DNA of 64,000 nucleotides from Oligoflexales bacterium (GTDB lineage Bacteria; Bdellovibrionota_B; Oligoflexia; Oligoflexales; Bog-1112): positions 32,001 to 96,000 of the forward strand of contig JBGCEP010000027.1 in the NCBI GenBank assembly GCA_045106415.1. The letters run 5' to 3'. The notes under the pieces were generated by a model that worked only from the letters and a program-made list of their open reading frames with translations, had not been told where the DNA came from and did no database searches. The translations under genes were made by a program, and so were the position numbers. Shown in pieces: positions 18,904-29,433 of this stretch; the stretch's first letter is position 1; every line of letters starts with the position of its first letter.

Positions 18904-20526
18904 TTAAAAAGTCAGTTGAATATCTTTTGCAACAAGGGACACACTGGTTTTACCTTGCCACTCATTGCGACTGGGCTGCACCAAGAATTGCGCTTTAGAT
19001 CCAGGGGTCGGATCAAGCACTTCGTGAAAAAACATTATTTTACGTCCACTCTGTGTCCATAAAGCTGTATGAGTGGGTTTTTGTGTTTTTCGATCTTTAT
19101 AATGTTGCACTTTTTGAATTTCAGCGTTCAAACAAAATTCAGGGGCTTCAAAACCATGACCAAAAGGCCTCAGACTATCCAAAGTCTCTAACAGAGTTTC
19201 ATCTAAAAGGTGATCTGGTAACAAACAATCATATGAAGCTCGGCTCTCCCACAAAGCTATATCTTTCTGTTTTTTCTCTTGTCCTATTTTTTGTAATTTT
19301 TCCATGAGTGGTTTTTCATTTTCAGGAAGAAAAGAAAAACCTCCTGCTGCTGAGTGACCACCAAATCCCACAAAATACTCTTTGCACTGAGACATCATGT
19401 CAGTCACGTCTAAATCAGGGATGCTACGAGCAGATCCTCGACAGATATCAGCTCCTCTATGAAATAACCAAACAGGTTTCCAAAGTTCATCAGCCAGACG
19501 GCCTGCTGCGATCCCAACAACTCCAGGATGCCAGTCTCCACCTTGAAAAACAATCGCCTCTTCTGACTTCGTGGCTGCTTGTGCTTTTGCTTCTGCAACG
19601 ATACGTTTCTGAAAAACCTTTCTTTTCTCGTTGCACTCTTCCATATGCTGAATCAGTTCAGATGGATCCTCAGATAAAAAAGCTTCAACCACGGCATTTG
19701 CATCTTCTAAACGTCCCACAGCATTAATACGAGGCCCTAAACGAAAGCCCACATCTTGTTCTTGAACACCCTGGACTTTACATGCTTCTAAAAGTTTTCG
19801 TAACACAGGACGACGACTCTTCATTAAAGTCTTCACCCCTGTTTGAACAAGTCTATGATTCACCCCTCCCAGAGGAACGACATCACAAATTGTTGCCATA
19901 GCAGTAATTGCTAATAAATCCGACCAGACCTCCAGAGCAACCTCGAAGTCTTGCCCTAAACGCCGCAGTAACACAAACGTCACACCACAACCGCACAGCT
20001 GTTGATACATAGGATCTGGATGAGTTTGAGGGTTTAAAATAATACAATCAGGCATATTCTCAGATTGTATTTTATGATGATCGGTACAAATAAAATCAAC
20101 ACCTCGCTCACGGCACCATTGAGCTTCTTCATTTGCTGTAATCCCTGTATCCATAGTCACAACAATATTAGCCTGCTGTTCCTCAACAAGGTAACGAACA
20201 GCGCTTAAGTTAACACCGTAGCCTTCTCTTTGACGGTGTGGGATATAGTGGATATAATTTTTAAAGCCAATCGCCTGAAAAAACCAAATCCAAGACACAC
20301 AGCTCATAGTTCCATCAACGTCATAATCTGCATACAGTGCAATTCTTTGATTGTTTTGAATACCAGTCCGTATTTTTTGGTAAGCATCTTCTAGGCCGAA
20401 ATTGCCATAATCGAGCTGCCCTGCTGGTTGAAAATTTCGGTTTTTCTCAATGATTCTTCGAACATCTTCATAATTCTGAGGAATTTCATTTGATCGTGAA
20501 AGCCAATGTTGATATTTTTGCCCCAT
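18904..20526 (-). CDS. recJ: Single-stranded DNA exonuclease RecJ
   Basis: DYDVDG, 'R..EGYG', D.G, TDHH, 'PRINAVGR', 'RGSARS', 'GGH..A.G'. Confidence 0.92.
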   Translation of the reverse strand: MGQKYQHWLSRSNEIPQNYEDVRRIIEKNRNFQPAGQLDYGNFGLEDAYQKIRTGIQNNQRIALYADYDVDGTMSCVSWIWFFQAIGFKNYIHYIPHRQREGYGVNLSAVRYLVEEQQANIVVTMDTGITANEEAQWCRERGVDFICTDHHKIQSENMPDCIILNPQTHPDPMYQQLCGCGVTFVLLRRLGQDFEVALEVWSDLLAITAMATICDVVPLGGVNHRLVQTGVKTLMKSRRPVLRKLLEACKVQGVQEQDVGFRLGPRINAVGRLEDANAVVEAFLSEDPSELIQHMEECNEKRKVFQKRIVAEAKAQAATKSEEAIVFQGGDWHPGVVGIAAGRLADELWKPVWLFHRGADICRGSARSIPDLDVTDMMSQCKEYFVGFGGHSAAGGFSFLPENEKPLMEKLQKIGQEKKQKDIALWESRASYDCLLPDHLLDETLLETLDSLRPFGHGFEAPEFCLNAEIQKVQHYKDRKTQKPTHTALWTQSGRKIMFFHEVLDPTPGSKAQFLVQPSRNEWQGKTSVSLVAKDIQLTF

Positions 20527-20650
20527 GTTTTTTCCTCATTTAGCACTCAAAAAACAGGGACATCATGACAGAGGATTCAGGCTCAGACAATACAATCATA
20601 AAAAGCCTTCAACTATAAAGTCACCATCACCTCAAAGAACATATAAACTT

Positions 20651-21517
20651 CTAGAGTCTTGAGCATGACTCTAGAATATCAATATCTGAAGACATTGTTG
20701 AAGCCCTAGAACCTCTTTTCACAAAGTTCATTAAAAGATTCGACACTTGCCGGAAATCAGAGGGTATTTTAACCATAAAAAGTGTCCTACTATCAGAGTG
20801 TTCGGATCGTTGTTTACAAAAAGAACCATAGCCAAACCCCCAAGGTGAAGCGACTTCATACGGCTTCTCCCTAAAATGTGAGGCCATCGCTCCTTCAGGC
20901 CTTGGCCTCAGACATTTTTTCTCCAAAAAACCTTGTCTACTTACATGAAAATGATAATCACCAGCTCTTATATCTTCAGGTTCTTCGTATTTATAAGCAG
21001 CAAAACCTATTCCGGTGTGCAATGGAAAAAGAGCACGTCGAGATTTATACCGTCTTCCTAATGGTGTTTTCATAATCTTAGTTTGATATCCACACGTCAA
21101 AGCAAGGCCCAACCCAAACGTACACCCTCGCCTGGTGACACTCTGTACTTGCAGTTTTTTTCGTTGAAAAGAAAGCAGCTGTAGCACCTCAGTGTAACGA
21201 ACATCTTTTTGTGACAGGTTTTTCAAAAATTCAAAATGCGCACCACGAGGGCTCTCTATTCCCCTAAAATCTTGCAGCCGTTTAGCACAAGAGTTTGCTG
21301 CTGCTTCATATGAGGTCCGCGTATCGACAGTCAAAAAAAGATACTCCAAACCAACACGGACAGATTCTCCTTCATCGTACTGGTCTTCAATCATTTCAGC
21401 CGCACATTCAAGCAAATCGACATAATGAACATCCGCTAAAGCGGATGAAGCATCAGCGCCAATAGCAACAGGTGAAAACCAGAACATATAAAAATAAAAA
21501 ATATATTTTTTAAACAT
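20651..21517 (-). CDS. Hypothetical secreted protein
   Basis: Signal peptide MFKKYIFYFYMFWFSPVAIG; no family recognised. Confidence 0.55.
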   Translation of the reverse strand: MFKKYIFYFYMFWFSPVAIGADASSALADVHYVDLLECAAEMIEDQYDEGESVRVGLEYLFLTVDTRTSYEAAANSCAKRLQDFRGIESPRGAHFEFLKNLSQKDVRYTEVLQLLSFQRKKLQVQSVTRRGCTFGLGLALTCGYQTKIMKTPLGRRYKSRRALFPLHTGIGFAAYKYEEPEDIRAGDYHFHVSRQGFLEKKCLRPRPEGAMASHFREKPYEVASPWGFGYGSFCKQRSEHSDSRTLFMVKIPSDFRQVSNLLMNFVKRGSRASTMSSDIDILESCSRL

Positions 21518-21670
21518 AAAAAATCCACACTTGCGATATCGCTAGAGTGGACTTATAACACAAGAACAAAACATTTTGTTTACTGTGTCTGTTATTTCTT
21601 TATAAACTTAACTCAAAACATCAAAGATTTTTAAAACATCTCAATTTTTCTAATGAAATTATAGAGTTTT

Positions 21671-23068
21671 TTATAAAAGCTGTTGGACACGGTTCAAACC
21701 ATTTAAAGCTGCCACTCGATAAGCTTCTGCCATAGTTGGGTAGTTAAAAGTTGTATTCACAAAATATTTTAACGTAGCTCCAGTCCCCATCACCGCTTGG
21801 CCAATGTGTAAAATTTCAGAGGCATTTTCACCGAAACAATGAATGCCATAAATTTCGAGTGTTTCTGGATTAAATAAAATTTTTAACATTCCTACTTTTT
21901 CTCCACAAACATGAGAGCGAGCAAGATGTCTAAAAGCAGAGTGTCCTACTTCGTAAGGAATTTTATGATGAGTCAGTTCTTCTTCTGTACGTCCAATGCA
22001 TGAGATTTCAGGAATTGTATAAATTCCTGAAGGAATATCTGTTGCTAGCTCATCTTTTGATGTTGGGTCAATCATATGGTTCGCTGCAAAACGCCCTTGG
22101 TCATATGCAGCACTTGCTAGGTTTGGGAAGCCCGTGACATCTCCAACTGCATAAATATGTTCTAAGTTTGTCTGGTAATGTTTATTGACTGGAATCACAC
22201 CTCGGTTCTCAATAAGTTGTACTCCTATTTCTTGCAGCCCCATATTTTGGGTGTTTCCACTACGCCCCATCGCAAAAAGAGCCACATCAGATCGCATAGT
22301 TTTGCCCGACTCGAGTTGAACCACCACTCCGTCGTTCTCTTTATAAATCTCGGCAACAGATTCATCATGCCTAATCAAAACGCCCTGGTCTCTTAAGTGA
22401 TAAGCCAAAGCATCAACAATCTCATCATCCAGAAAGCTCAGTAATTTTTTACGAGTATTCATCAGATGAACCTTAACCCCAAAAGCTCTAAAAATAGACG
22501 TATACTCACAGCCGATCACACCAGCTCCAAGGATTGTGATTGATCGCGGGTGCTTCGACATTGAAAGAATGGTATCAGAATCAAAAATACAGCTATCATC
22601 AAATGGAATATGGCTAGGCCTATAAGGCTTTGATCCCGTTGCTATTAATATTTTATCCGCTCGTAAAAGTTCTTCTTGGCCATTTTGGTTTTCGACACAA
22701 ATCGTGTGCGAGTCCACAAACTTTGCAGTCCCCGAAATCACCTCAACATTATTTCTAGCATAATGACCAACATGAACAAGAGCTTGTTCATGGCTAACTT
22801 TACGAGCTTTTTCTAACATCTGAGGCCAACGGACAGATTGGACACCTAAATCAAAAAGTCCCTCACGCCGAGCAACGACGACCCCTTTGGCCAAATGCCG
22901 CAAAGCTTTAGAGGGTATCGTCCCGTAATGAGCACAAGCACCTCCGACTTTGCCTTTTTCTACGACAGCAACTTTTAGACCGTGTTTCGTAATAGTCATT
23001 GCAGCCCCCTCTCCTCCGGGACCACTTCCTACGACAAGCACATCAAACTCTCGAAGCCTCTGACTCAA
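21671..23068 (-). CDS. sthA: Si-specific soluble NAD(P)+ transhydrogenase
   Basis: [10 protein letters not shown], '[13 protein letters not shown]' (CxxxxT), 'DSDTIL', C-terminal '[20 protein letters not shown]'. Confidence 0.92.
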   Translation of the reverse strand: MSQRLREFDVLVVGSGPGGEGAAMTITKHGLKVAVVEKGKVGGACAHYGTIPSKALRHLAKGVVVARREGLFDLGVQSVRWPQMLEKARKVSHEQALVHVGHYARNNVEVISGTAKFVDSHTICVENQNGQEELLRADKILIATGSKPYRPSHIPFDDSCIFDSDTILSMSKHPRSITILGAGVIGCEYTSIFRAFGVKVHLMNTRKKLLSFLDDEIVDALAYHLRDQGVLIRHDESVAEIYKENDGVVVQLESGKTMRSDVALFAMGRSGNTQNMGLQEIGVQLIENRGVIPVNKHYQTNLEHIYAVGDVTGFPNLASAAYDQGRFAANHMIDPTSKDELATDIPSGIYTIPEISCIGRTEEELTHHKIPYEVGHSAFRHLARSHVCGEKVGMLKILFNPETLEIYGIHCFGENASEILHIGQAVMGTGATLKYFVNTTFNYPTMAEAYRVAALNGLNRVQQLL

Positions 23069-23130
23069 CGAATCCTCCCATTATGATGATGGGTTCATTC
23101 TAGCTTATGAGTTCTTCTCATGCACGGTTC

Positions 23131-24858
23131 TCAGCTAGGAAGATCTTCTTGTTCTCCCATAGCCCGCTGCAGTGCTGCAAAAGAGCCACCCTTTGCTATC
23201 AATTGCTCCCAACTTCCCGCTTCAACAACGCTACCTTTTTCAATCACTAAAATTTGATCACAAAGCTGTATAGTTTTAAGGCGATGAGCAATAACAAGTA
23301 GAGTCTGATTTTGTTTTTCTAAAATCGATTGCAGGTATTCCTCACTCTGCGGATCGACGGAAGAAGTTGCCTCGTCTAGAATCAGAAAAGAAGACGGCTT
23401 CATAAGGGCTCGAGCAAAAGCCACAATCTGTCTTTGCCCCTGAGAAAGGTTATCACCCCTTTCCCGAAGAACCGTCTCAAAGCCATTCGGCAAACTTTCT
23501 ATCCAAGAGCTTAAATTAAGATCAAAACACTTTTTTCTTAAAGTCACGTCATCATATAAGCCCAAAGGATCCAAATTAAATTGCAAACTCCCCTGAAACA
23601 GGACAACATCTTGCGGAACAACAGCAATTTCTCGGCGAACTGCAGCGACATCTAAATCTTTAAGATTTTGTTGCCCCCAACAGATATCTCCATCAAAACC
23701 TTCGTAGAGCTTCAAAATCAACTTCGCAAGGGTTGATTTACCACTTCCAGTTCGCCCCACAATTGCAACAGATTGCCCTTGTTTTAATTCAAACGAAACT
23801 TGATTTAAAATCTTAGGACCATCACCATATTGAAACGAAACATTTTTAAAACTTAATTGGCAATTCGAGCCAATAAGAGCTTGATCCCCTTTCACAAATT
23901 CTTCGTGATCAAATAAACCATAAATTCTCTCTAAAGCAGTCAAAGCACTCTGCAAAGAGGCAACCAACGACCCTAATTGCTTCAACGGCAAAAACATATC
24001 TTGTTGATAACGTACAAACGCAATCAAAACACCAGCGCTCATATCAAAGGAGAGAACATCTGCAAGCAACCACAAACTCACGCCCAACGTCACAGCAAAA
24101 CCACCATCTAAAACAGCAAATAAACCTGCATCAAGAACAACAGATTTCATTTGTGCATTCCGATAATCTTCTGCTCGTTCACGATACCAAGTAGACACCG
24201 ATGTTGCCGCAGCTAAAACCTTAACCGCAACGACTCCATATAAAGCTTCTTGTGCAAAAGCATGCATCACAGCTATTTTTTTACGCGCCAGAAGAGTCGT
24301 CTTTCTTAGCATTACACTAAAAAATCTTACAATAAAACCAAAACATAAAACCCAAAAAAGAGAGATAAACATCAACCTGTGATCTAACCACCATAGCCCT
24401 AAAAGGCAACCTAGTAGCTGTGTTAAGTCAACAATAGCATTCAATAAACCAGACCCTATAGACTCACTCAATTGGTCAAAATCACTTGTTGTTCTGGTCA
24501 CCAAAGTCCCACTTTGAGTGCGGTCATGATACGACAGACGTAACTTCAATAGATGTTGCATCATCTTTTTTCTAAGATCTCGAATCACGCAAAAAACAAC
24601 TTTACCACTTGCCACAGAACGGATCAGTTGGGAAAAAAAACGAATAAAAACCAAACCCAACATCAGCGATCCAACTTGCATCACAACATCAAGTTCACCA
24701 GCTAAAATTCCTTGATCAATCACATATTGCAATAATAGGGGTTGAATACTCACCACTACAGCACTTATTGGGACCATAGCCACCGTCAAAAAGATAAGCA
24801 TCTTATAGTGACGCGCATCATTCCATAGCCTAGAAAACAGAATAAAATCACGTTTCAT
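23131..24858 (-). CDS. ABC exporter, fused TMD-NBD (heterodimer subunit B)
   Basis: Six TMs, GRTGSGKS, LSQGQ, LILDE, IAHR. Confidence 0.9.
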   Translation of the reverse strand: MKRDFILFSRLWNDARHYKMLIFLTVAMVPISAVVVSIQPLLLQYVIDQGILAGELDVVMQVGSLMLGLVFIRFFSQLIRSVASGKVVFCVIRDLRKKMMQHLLKLRLSYHDRTQSGTLVTRTTSDFDQLSESIGSGLLNAIVDLTQLLGCLLGLWWLDHRLMFISLFWVLCFGFIVRFFSVMLRKTTLLARKKIAVMHAFAQEALYGVVAVKVLAAATSVSTWYRERAEDYRNAQMKSVVLDAGLFAVLDGGFAVTLGVSLWLLADVLSFDMSAGVLIAFVRYQQDMFLPLKQLGSLVASLQSALTALERIYGLFDHEEFVKGDQALIGSNCQLSFKNVSFQYGDGPKILNQVSFELKQGQSVAIVGRTGSGKSTLAKLILKLYEGFDGDICWGQQNLKDLDVAAVRREIAVVPQDVVLFQGSLQFNLDPLGLYDDVTLRKKCFDLNLSSWIESLPNGFETVLRERGDNLSQGQRQIVAFARALMKPSSFLILDEATSSVDPQSEEYLQSILEKQNQTLLVIAHRLKTIQLCDQILVIEKGSVVEAGSWEQLIAKGGSFAALQRAMGEQEDLPS

Positions 24859-26485
24859 AAAGGTGATCTTTCATAAGACTATGATCATGCAGCCTATAAA
24901 CAGTTTCACATTTTTTCAATACAGATTCCCTTGAAGAAACAATCAGCACACTGGCACCTGTTGCAAAAATATTATCCATAAGTACTTGGCTTGTTTTTTC
25001 ATCAACCGCTGACATGACATCATCAAAAATAAACAACTCAGGCTTTCTTAAAAAAGCCCTTGCAAGAGCAAGTCGCTGCCTCTGCCCTCCAGATAGACGA
25101 ACACCGTCTTCACCAATACGAGTATCCCAGCCGTTCTCAAACTCTTGGATATCTTCTAAAAATGAAGCTTTTTCAGCAGCCTTCAAACACTCAGTGTGCT
25201 CTGCTTTATAACCCCACAAAACATTTTCCCGTATCGTACCAGAAAACAAATGAGTCCCCTGCAGCACGTAGCCTATGCTCTTTCTAAGTTCACATGGTTC
25301 TAAGGATAAAACGTCTTGCCCTTTATAGAAAACTTTACCTACTGGAGGGTCATACAGTCTTGTCAAACAATGCAAAAGAGTTGTTTTCCCTGATCCGATT
25401 TCTCCATAAATACCAACACAGCTGTTCTTATTTACAGAAAAAGAAATATTTTCAAAAACAGTATTCACACCCCACTTATGAGTTAAACCACATACTTCAA
25501 GAAGCGGTTCAATAGGGGCCTTTCGTCTACTTACAAGCTGTTTTTCTATAGGTGCATCATGAATAACATGTAACCTCTGCAAAGCCACTTGAAGACGTTG
25601 ATAAATTCCAAATAAAATTCCCATAGCAGTCAGAGGAAACGCAAGCAATGCTATAAATTGATCAAAAGCAAGAATATCTCCTACCGTTAATCTCCCCTGC
25701 AACACGAGATATCCCCCATACCAAACGATCAAAACTTGCGCTAACTGTGCAAAAAGTGTCATGAGAGGATAAATAATACTGTTGAGCATGAGGTCTTTCA
25801 TCTGTGCTTGGTATAGACGCTCTGTACTTGCACCATTTTGACTAAGAAAGCTCGCTTCCAATTGACATGACTGAATCACTTGCACATGTGAATACATTTC
25901 CGTCACACCATCTGAAATTTTCCCTAATGCTTCTTGTTTTTGTTTTGCAGCTACAAAAACAAATGGAATACCAAGACGCCCCACAACCAAAATACAAAAG
26001 ACAGGAATTAAACAGACGGCTGCTAACTCAAAGCTCACCTGAAACATCTTATACAGCGCCTGACTCGCCAGTGCGCTCAAATTAAAGAACTGCAAGACTC
26101 CAAATGCTAAAAACACTCGGACATGATTCACATCATTTGAAAGCCTAGACAGCAAATCGCCACGCGTATGAGATTCAAAAAATGAAAGCGGTAAATTCAA
26201 GAGCCTCGTAAACAAATTCGACCGCAAATCCGTCTCAACACAACGACCTGGCCAAAAAAAGAAAACTCTAGAAAAAAAACGAAAGACAACAAGGAGTAAA
26301 CCTAACGCAACAATAGACTGAACTTCACAACTTTGAACCTGTGTGCATTGCTCTATTTGATTTACAATTTGGGAGATAGCTACAGGAATAGAAACAGCCA
26401 GCCAAGCTGTGAACAAAAGGGATCCGAAGCCTAGGACGTACCAATACCAGTACGGAAGCACAAAACTTCGGACCCATTTTTCCAT
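24848..26485 (-). CDS. ABC exporter, fused TMD-NBD (heterodimer subunit A)
   Basis: GEIGSGKT, LSGGQRQR, degenerate Walker B 'FIFDD' and H-loop 'VSSR'. Confidence 0.9.
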   Translation of the reverse strand: MEKWVRSFVLPYWYWYVLGFGSLLFTAWLAVSIPVAISQIVNQIEQCTQVQSCEVQSIVALGLLLVVFRFFSRVFFFWPGRCVETDLRSNLFTRLLNLPLSFFESHTRGDLLSRLSNDVNHVRVFLAFGVLQFFNLSALASQALYKMFQVSFELAAVCLIPVFCILVVGRLGIPFVFVAAKQKQEALGKISDGVTEMYSHVQVIQSCQLEASFLSQNGASTERLYQAQMKDLMLNSIIYPLMTLFAQLAQVLIVWYGGYLVLQGRLTVGDILAFDQFIALLAFPLTAMGILFGIYQRLQVALQRLHVIHDAPIEKQLVSRRKAPIEPLLEVCGLTHKWGVNTVFENISFSVNKNSCVGIYGEIGSGKTTLLHCLTRLYDPPVGKVFYKGQDVLSLEPCELRKSIGYVLQGTHLFSGTIRENVLWGYKAEHTECLKAAEKASFLEDIQEFENGWDTRIGEDGVRLSGGQRQRLALARAFLRKPELFIFDDVMSAVDEKTSQVLMDNIFATGASVLIVSSRESVLKKCETVYRLHDHSLMKDHLYET

Positions 26486-26511
26486 GACATACCGCTTATG
26501 GAAGTGGTGTT

Positions 26512-26540
26512 AAAACCTTGAAAAAGACATCCAAGGTTTT
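26512..26540 (-). terminator. Hairpin/terminator downstream of rplX
   Basis: aaaaccttg...caaggtttt inverted repeat. Confidence 0.55.
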
Positions 26541-26545
26541 TCTGA

Positions 26546-26869
26546 TCAAACAGTTTGACCAGATGCTTTTGCAAAGCGAACTTTTTTATCATCCTCAACC
26601 CTGAAACCAAGACGAGTTGGCTTACCAGATTTAGGATCGGCGAACGCCACGTTGCTGATATGTATAGACATAACTTTGTCTACGATTCCACCAGTTTGGC
26701 CACCAGTTGGTTTTTGGTGACGCTTGCGAACGTTTACACCACCAACGAAAACTCTTGATTTTTCAAAATCAACGCGATCAACGGTTCCGCTTTCGCCTTT
26801 GCAACTACCTGCAACAACCACGACCTTATCACCCTTACGGATGCGCGTTTTTTGAATAGCGTCTGACAT
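26546..26869 (-). CDS. rplX: 50S ribosomal protein L24 (uL24), stand-alone
   Basis: KOW 'IRKGDKVVVVAG..KG..G.V', 'V.GVN..KRHQKP', 'IHISNV', 'TRLGF'; RBS aggag. Confidence 0.95.
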   Translation of the reverse strand: MSDAIQKTRIRKGDKVVVVAGSCKGESGTVDRVDFEKSRVFVGGVNVRKRHQKPTGGQTGGIVDKVMSIHISNVAFADPKSGKPTRLGFRVEDDKKVRFAKASGQTV

Positions 26870-27218
26870 TGACTGCTCCTACGCGTCTTCTTATAGACTA
26901 CAAAATCTTGCCATCCATCGACAAGATAGGTGGCATTTGTACACGACAGAATCAGCTAAGTCAAGATAGATAATCGGGCTATCTACTACGATGAGAGATT
27001 GGGACAAGATTCCTTATTAAAAACGATAAGATAACAACACCCACATACTCACATCACATAAATCACATACCTGAGCACTTTATTCACAAAACAGACTCAG
27101 TAAAATCAACCCCACCAACGGTAAGCAACTTTTGAGCCTGATCATCATTGAACACGCTAAAATTTAAAGCACAGAGTTTAGTGACGTTTTAAGACAAAGA
27201 AACCTCATGAACCCTACT

Positions 27219-27569
27219 TTATAGGTTCTTACCATCATGAGCTCTTACCTCAAAATCTTTCCATTCAAAGTCTTCTAAGCATCTGACGTTAATGCCCATT
27301 AGCTTATTTCCTTCTTTGTCCTCCCCACACGCGAAAGTCTCTATCCCACATTTTTGACAAAACTTGTGCGTTAATTTTTTTTGACCGAATTGATATTCCG
27401 ACATTCTTACCTTTTCTTTTTCAAAATGCACAGATGAAGCTGGTATAAAAATCCACAATGAACCAAGTTTATGGCAAATCGTACAGTTGCATTCTAAAAG
27501 AGATGTGATTTCTGTCTCAAACTGAAACGCAACTTCACCACAATGACATCGACCTTTAAAAAGAGACAT
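27219..27569 (-). CDS. GFA (glutathione-dependent formaldehyde-activating)/CENP-V family zinc protein
   Basis: GRCHCG, CNCTIC, FCQKCG, 'INVRCL'; ATG 27569 with aggag RBS. Confidence 0.9.
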   Translation of the reverse strand: MSLFKGRCHCGEVAFQFETEITSLLECNCTICHKLGSLWIFIPASSVHFEKEKVRMSEYQFGQKKLTHKFCQKCGIETFACGEDKEGNKLMGINVRCLEDFEWKDFEVRAHDGKNL

Positions 27570-27711
27570 AAAAACAAACTCCTTACAAAATAAAACCAAA
27601 AATGTCTAAATCAACAAATAGTTACAGACACCAAATCAAGCTTCAACGGATTCACTCTCATCACTTTTTTTGATATGATAAAACCATCATTTTTAAACCA
27701 AGGTATGCCAT

Positions 27712-29433
27712 ATGTTAAAAAAAATTTTGTCATTATTATTTATTTTTGTAGGTCTACCTTGGAATCTTTACTCACAAGGCCTATTCAATCTCAATCGTCA
27801 TAACGACCGTGATGTTCAGCCCTCTGAGGTTGTTCATTGGTCACCTGATAATATTACAATGATATCGCAAAACACTGGTGAACTGCGAGTCCGCCTACAA
27901 ACAGATCATGATTTCACTTTATACCAAGACCAGCTAAAATTTAAATCAGCAGACGGTTTTCCTATAACCCCTAAATCTCACCCTGTACCGAAGAAAGTCC
28001 TCGATCCAATATCTGGAGAATATAAAAATGTCTACGACGATGGTGACTTTGTATTAGAGGTCAAAATACCAGACCACACAAACAGTTTTCCTCTTGCAAT
28101 ACGCTATATTAGCTGCACTTCAAAGATTTGCTTGTTCCCATACACAGAAAACCTGGATATTCCAGTGATAAGGGAACACAAAAGAGCACAAACTCAAAGC
28201 ACATCACCACTAAAAAGCTACTCTTTAGAACAAGGCCTCTTACAAAAATTTGAAGCTTCACAAAAAAACTTCACCATTCTCCTTCTCATCGCGTTATTAG
28301 GTGGCTTATTAACGAATCTTACTCCTTGCGTTTATCCTATGATCCCCATAACGATTCGCCTTCTTTCAACACAAACGCGAAAACCTTTATTAGGGTCTTG
28401 TGCTTACGCTTTGGGAATCATGACAACATACACAGCTCTTGGTTCTATTGCCGCAGCCACTGGATCCCTGTTTGGATCCTTTATGGCAAACCCTTGGGTC
28501 AACATCTTTTTATCGGCTCTCATGTGCCTTCTAGCTTTTACAATGCTTGGCCTTTTCAACTTCAACGCTTTTCAGAACTTTGGGAATAAGGTTGGGCAAG
28601 GAAAAAAGGGGATACAAGCCGCATTTTTTATGGGAATCGGAGCTGGATTTATTGCTTCACCATGCACCGGCCCTATTTTAGGTGTTTTGCTAGGATATGC
28701 CGCAACACAAAACAACATCATGGAATCAACAGCTCTCTTAATTACCTATAGTTTTGGATTTGCAATTCCTTACGTCGCCCTAGGTAGCTTTGCTGGAAAA
28801 ATGACCCGCATGCAAGTTTCTGCTTCTGTGTTTTCAATTGTCAAGATTCTTTTCTCAGGGACTATGTTTGCTTTAAGCTTTTATTACCTACGCATTCCTT
28901 TGTATCAAGAATTGTCTCTTCTTGCGCCTTACTGGGCACACATTTGTCTCATTTCAGGATGCTTTGCAGCAAGCATCATCCTTGTGATCATTAAATCAAA
29001 CAAATCATCATTCCTTATGAGCTTAGCAGCTCTTTCATTAGGACTGAGTTTGTTCAGTATGACCCGACTCTCTTTTTCAAAAAACCATAATAATCTTTGG
29101 CTAAAAAATGAAAAAATTGCCCTTGAAACTGCAAAAAATGAAAACAGGCCATTACTGATCGATATGTGGGCAGAGTGGTGTGAATCTTGCAAAAAAATGG
29201 ATGCAACTACTTTTTCTTCTGAAGAAGTCATCAATTATTTTCAGAAACATCACTGGGTCCTGTTAAAACTAGATCTAACACAAGACACTCCAGAAACTCA
29301 AAGTATTCAAAAGCGCTATCAATTAGCTGGGCTTCCAACTCTTATTTTTCACTTCCCTAATGGACAAAAAGAATCTAAAGCAGGTTATTTATCAGATAAA
29401 GATCTTCTAGAGTATCTAAAGGAGATCAAATGA
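27712..29433 (+). CDS. dsbD: Protein-disulfide reductase DsbD
   Basis: N-domain C...C (CTSKIC), 'LTPCVYPMIP', 'ASPCTGP', thioredoxin WCESC. Confidence 0.9.
   Translation: MLKKILSLLFIFVGLPWNLYSQGLFNLNRHNDRDVQPSEVVHWSPDNITMISQNTGELRVRLQTDHDFTLYQDQLKFKSADGFPITPKSHPVPKKVLDPISGEYKNVYDDGDFVLEVKIPDHTNSFPLAIRYISCTSKICLFPYTENLDIPVIREHKRAQTQSTSPLKSYSLEQGLLQKFEASQKNFTILLLIALLGGLLTNLTPCVYPMIPITIRLLSTQTRKPLLGSCAYALGIMTTYTALGSIAAATGSLFGSFMANPWVNIFLSALMCLLAFTMLGLFNFNAFQNFGNKVGQGKKGIQAAFFMGIGAGFIASPCTGPILGVLLGYAATQNNIMESTALLITYSFGFAIPYVALGSFAGKMTRMQVSASVFSIVKILFSGTMFALSFYYLRIPLYQELSLLAPYWAHICLISGCFAASIILVIIKSNKSSFLMSLAALSLGLSLFSMTRLSFSKNHNNLWLKNEKIALETAKNENRPLLIDMWAEWCESCKKMDATTFSSEEVINYFQKHHWVLLKLDLTQDTPETQSIQKRYQLAGLPTLIFHFPNGQKESKAGYLSDKDLLEYLKEIK

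Noticed and set aside
24848..26485. Degenerate Walker B and H-loop as a sign of pseudogenisation
   Set aside because: Normal asymmetry of heterodimeric ABC exporters; the partner carries the complementary LSQGQ.
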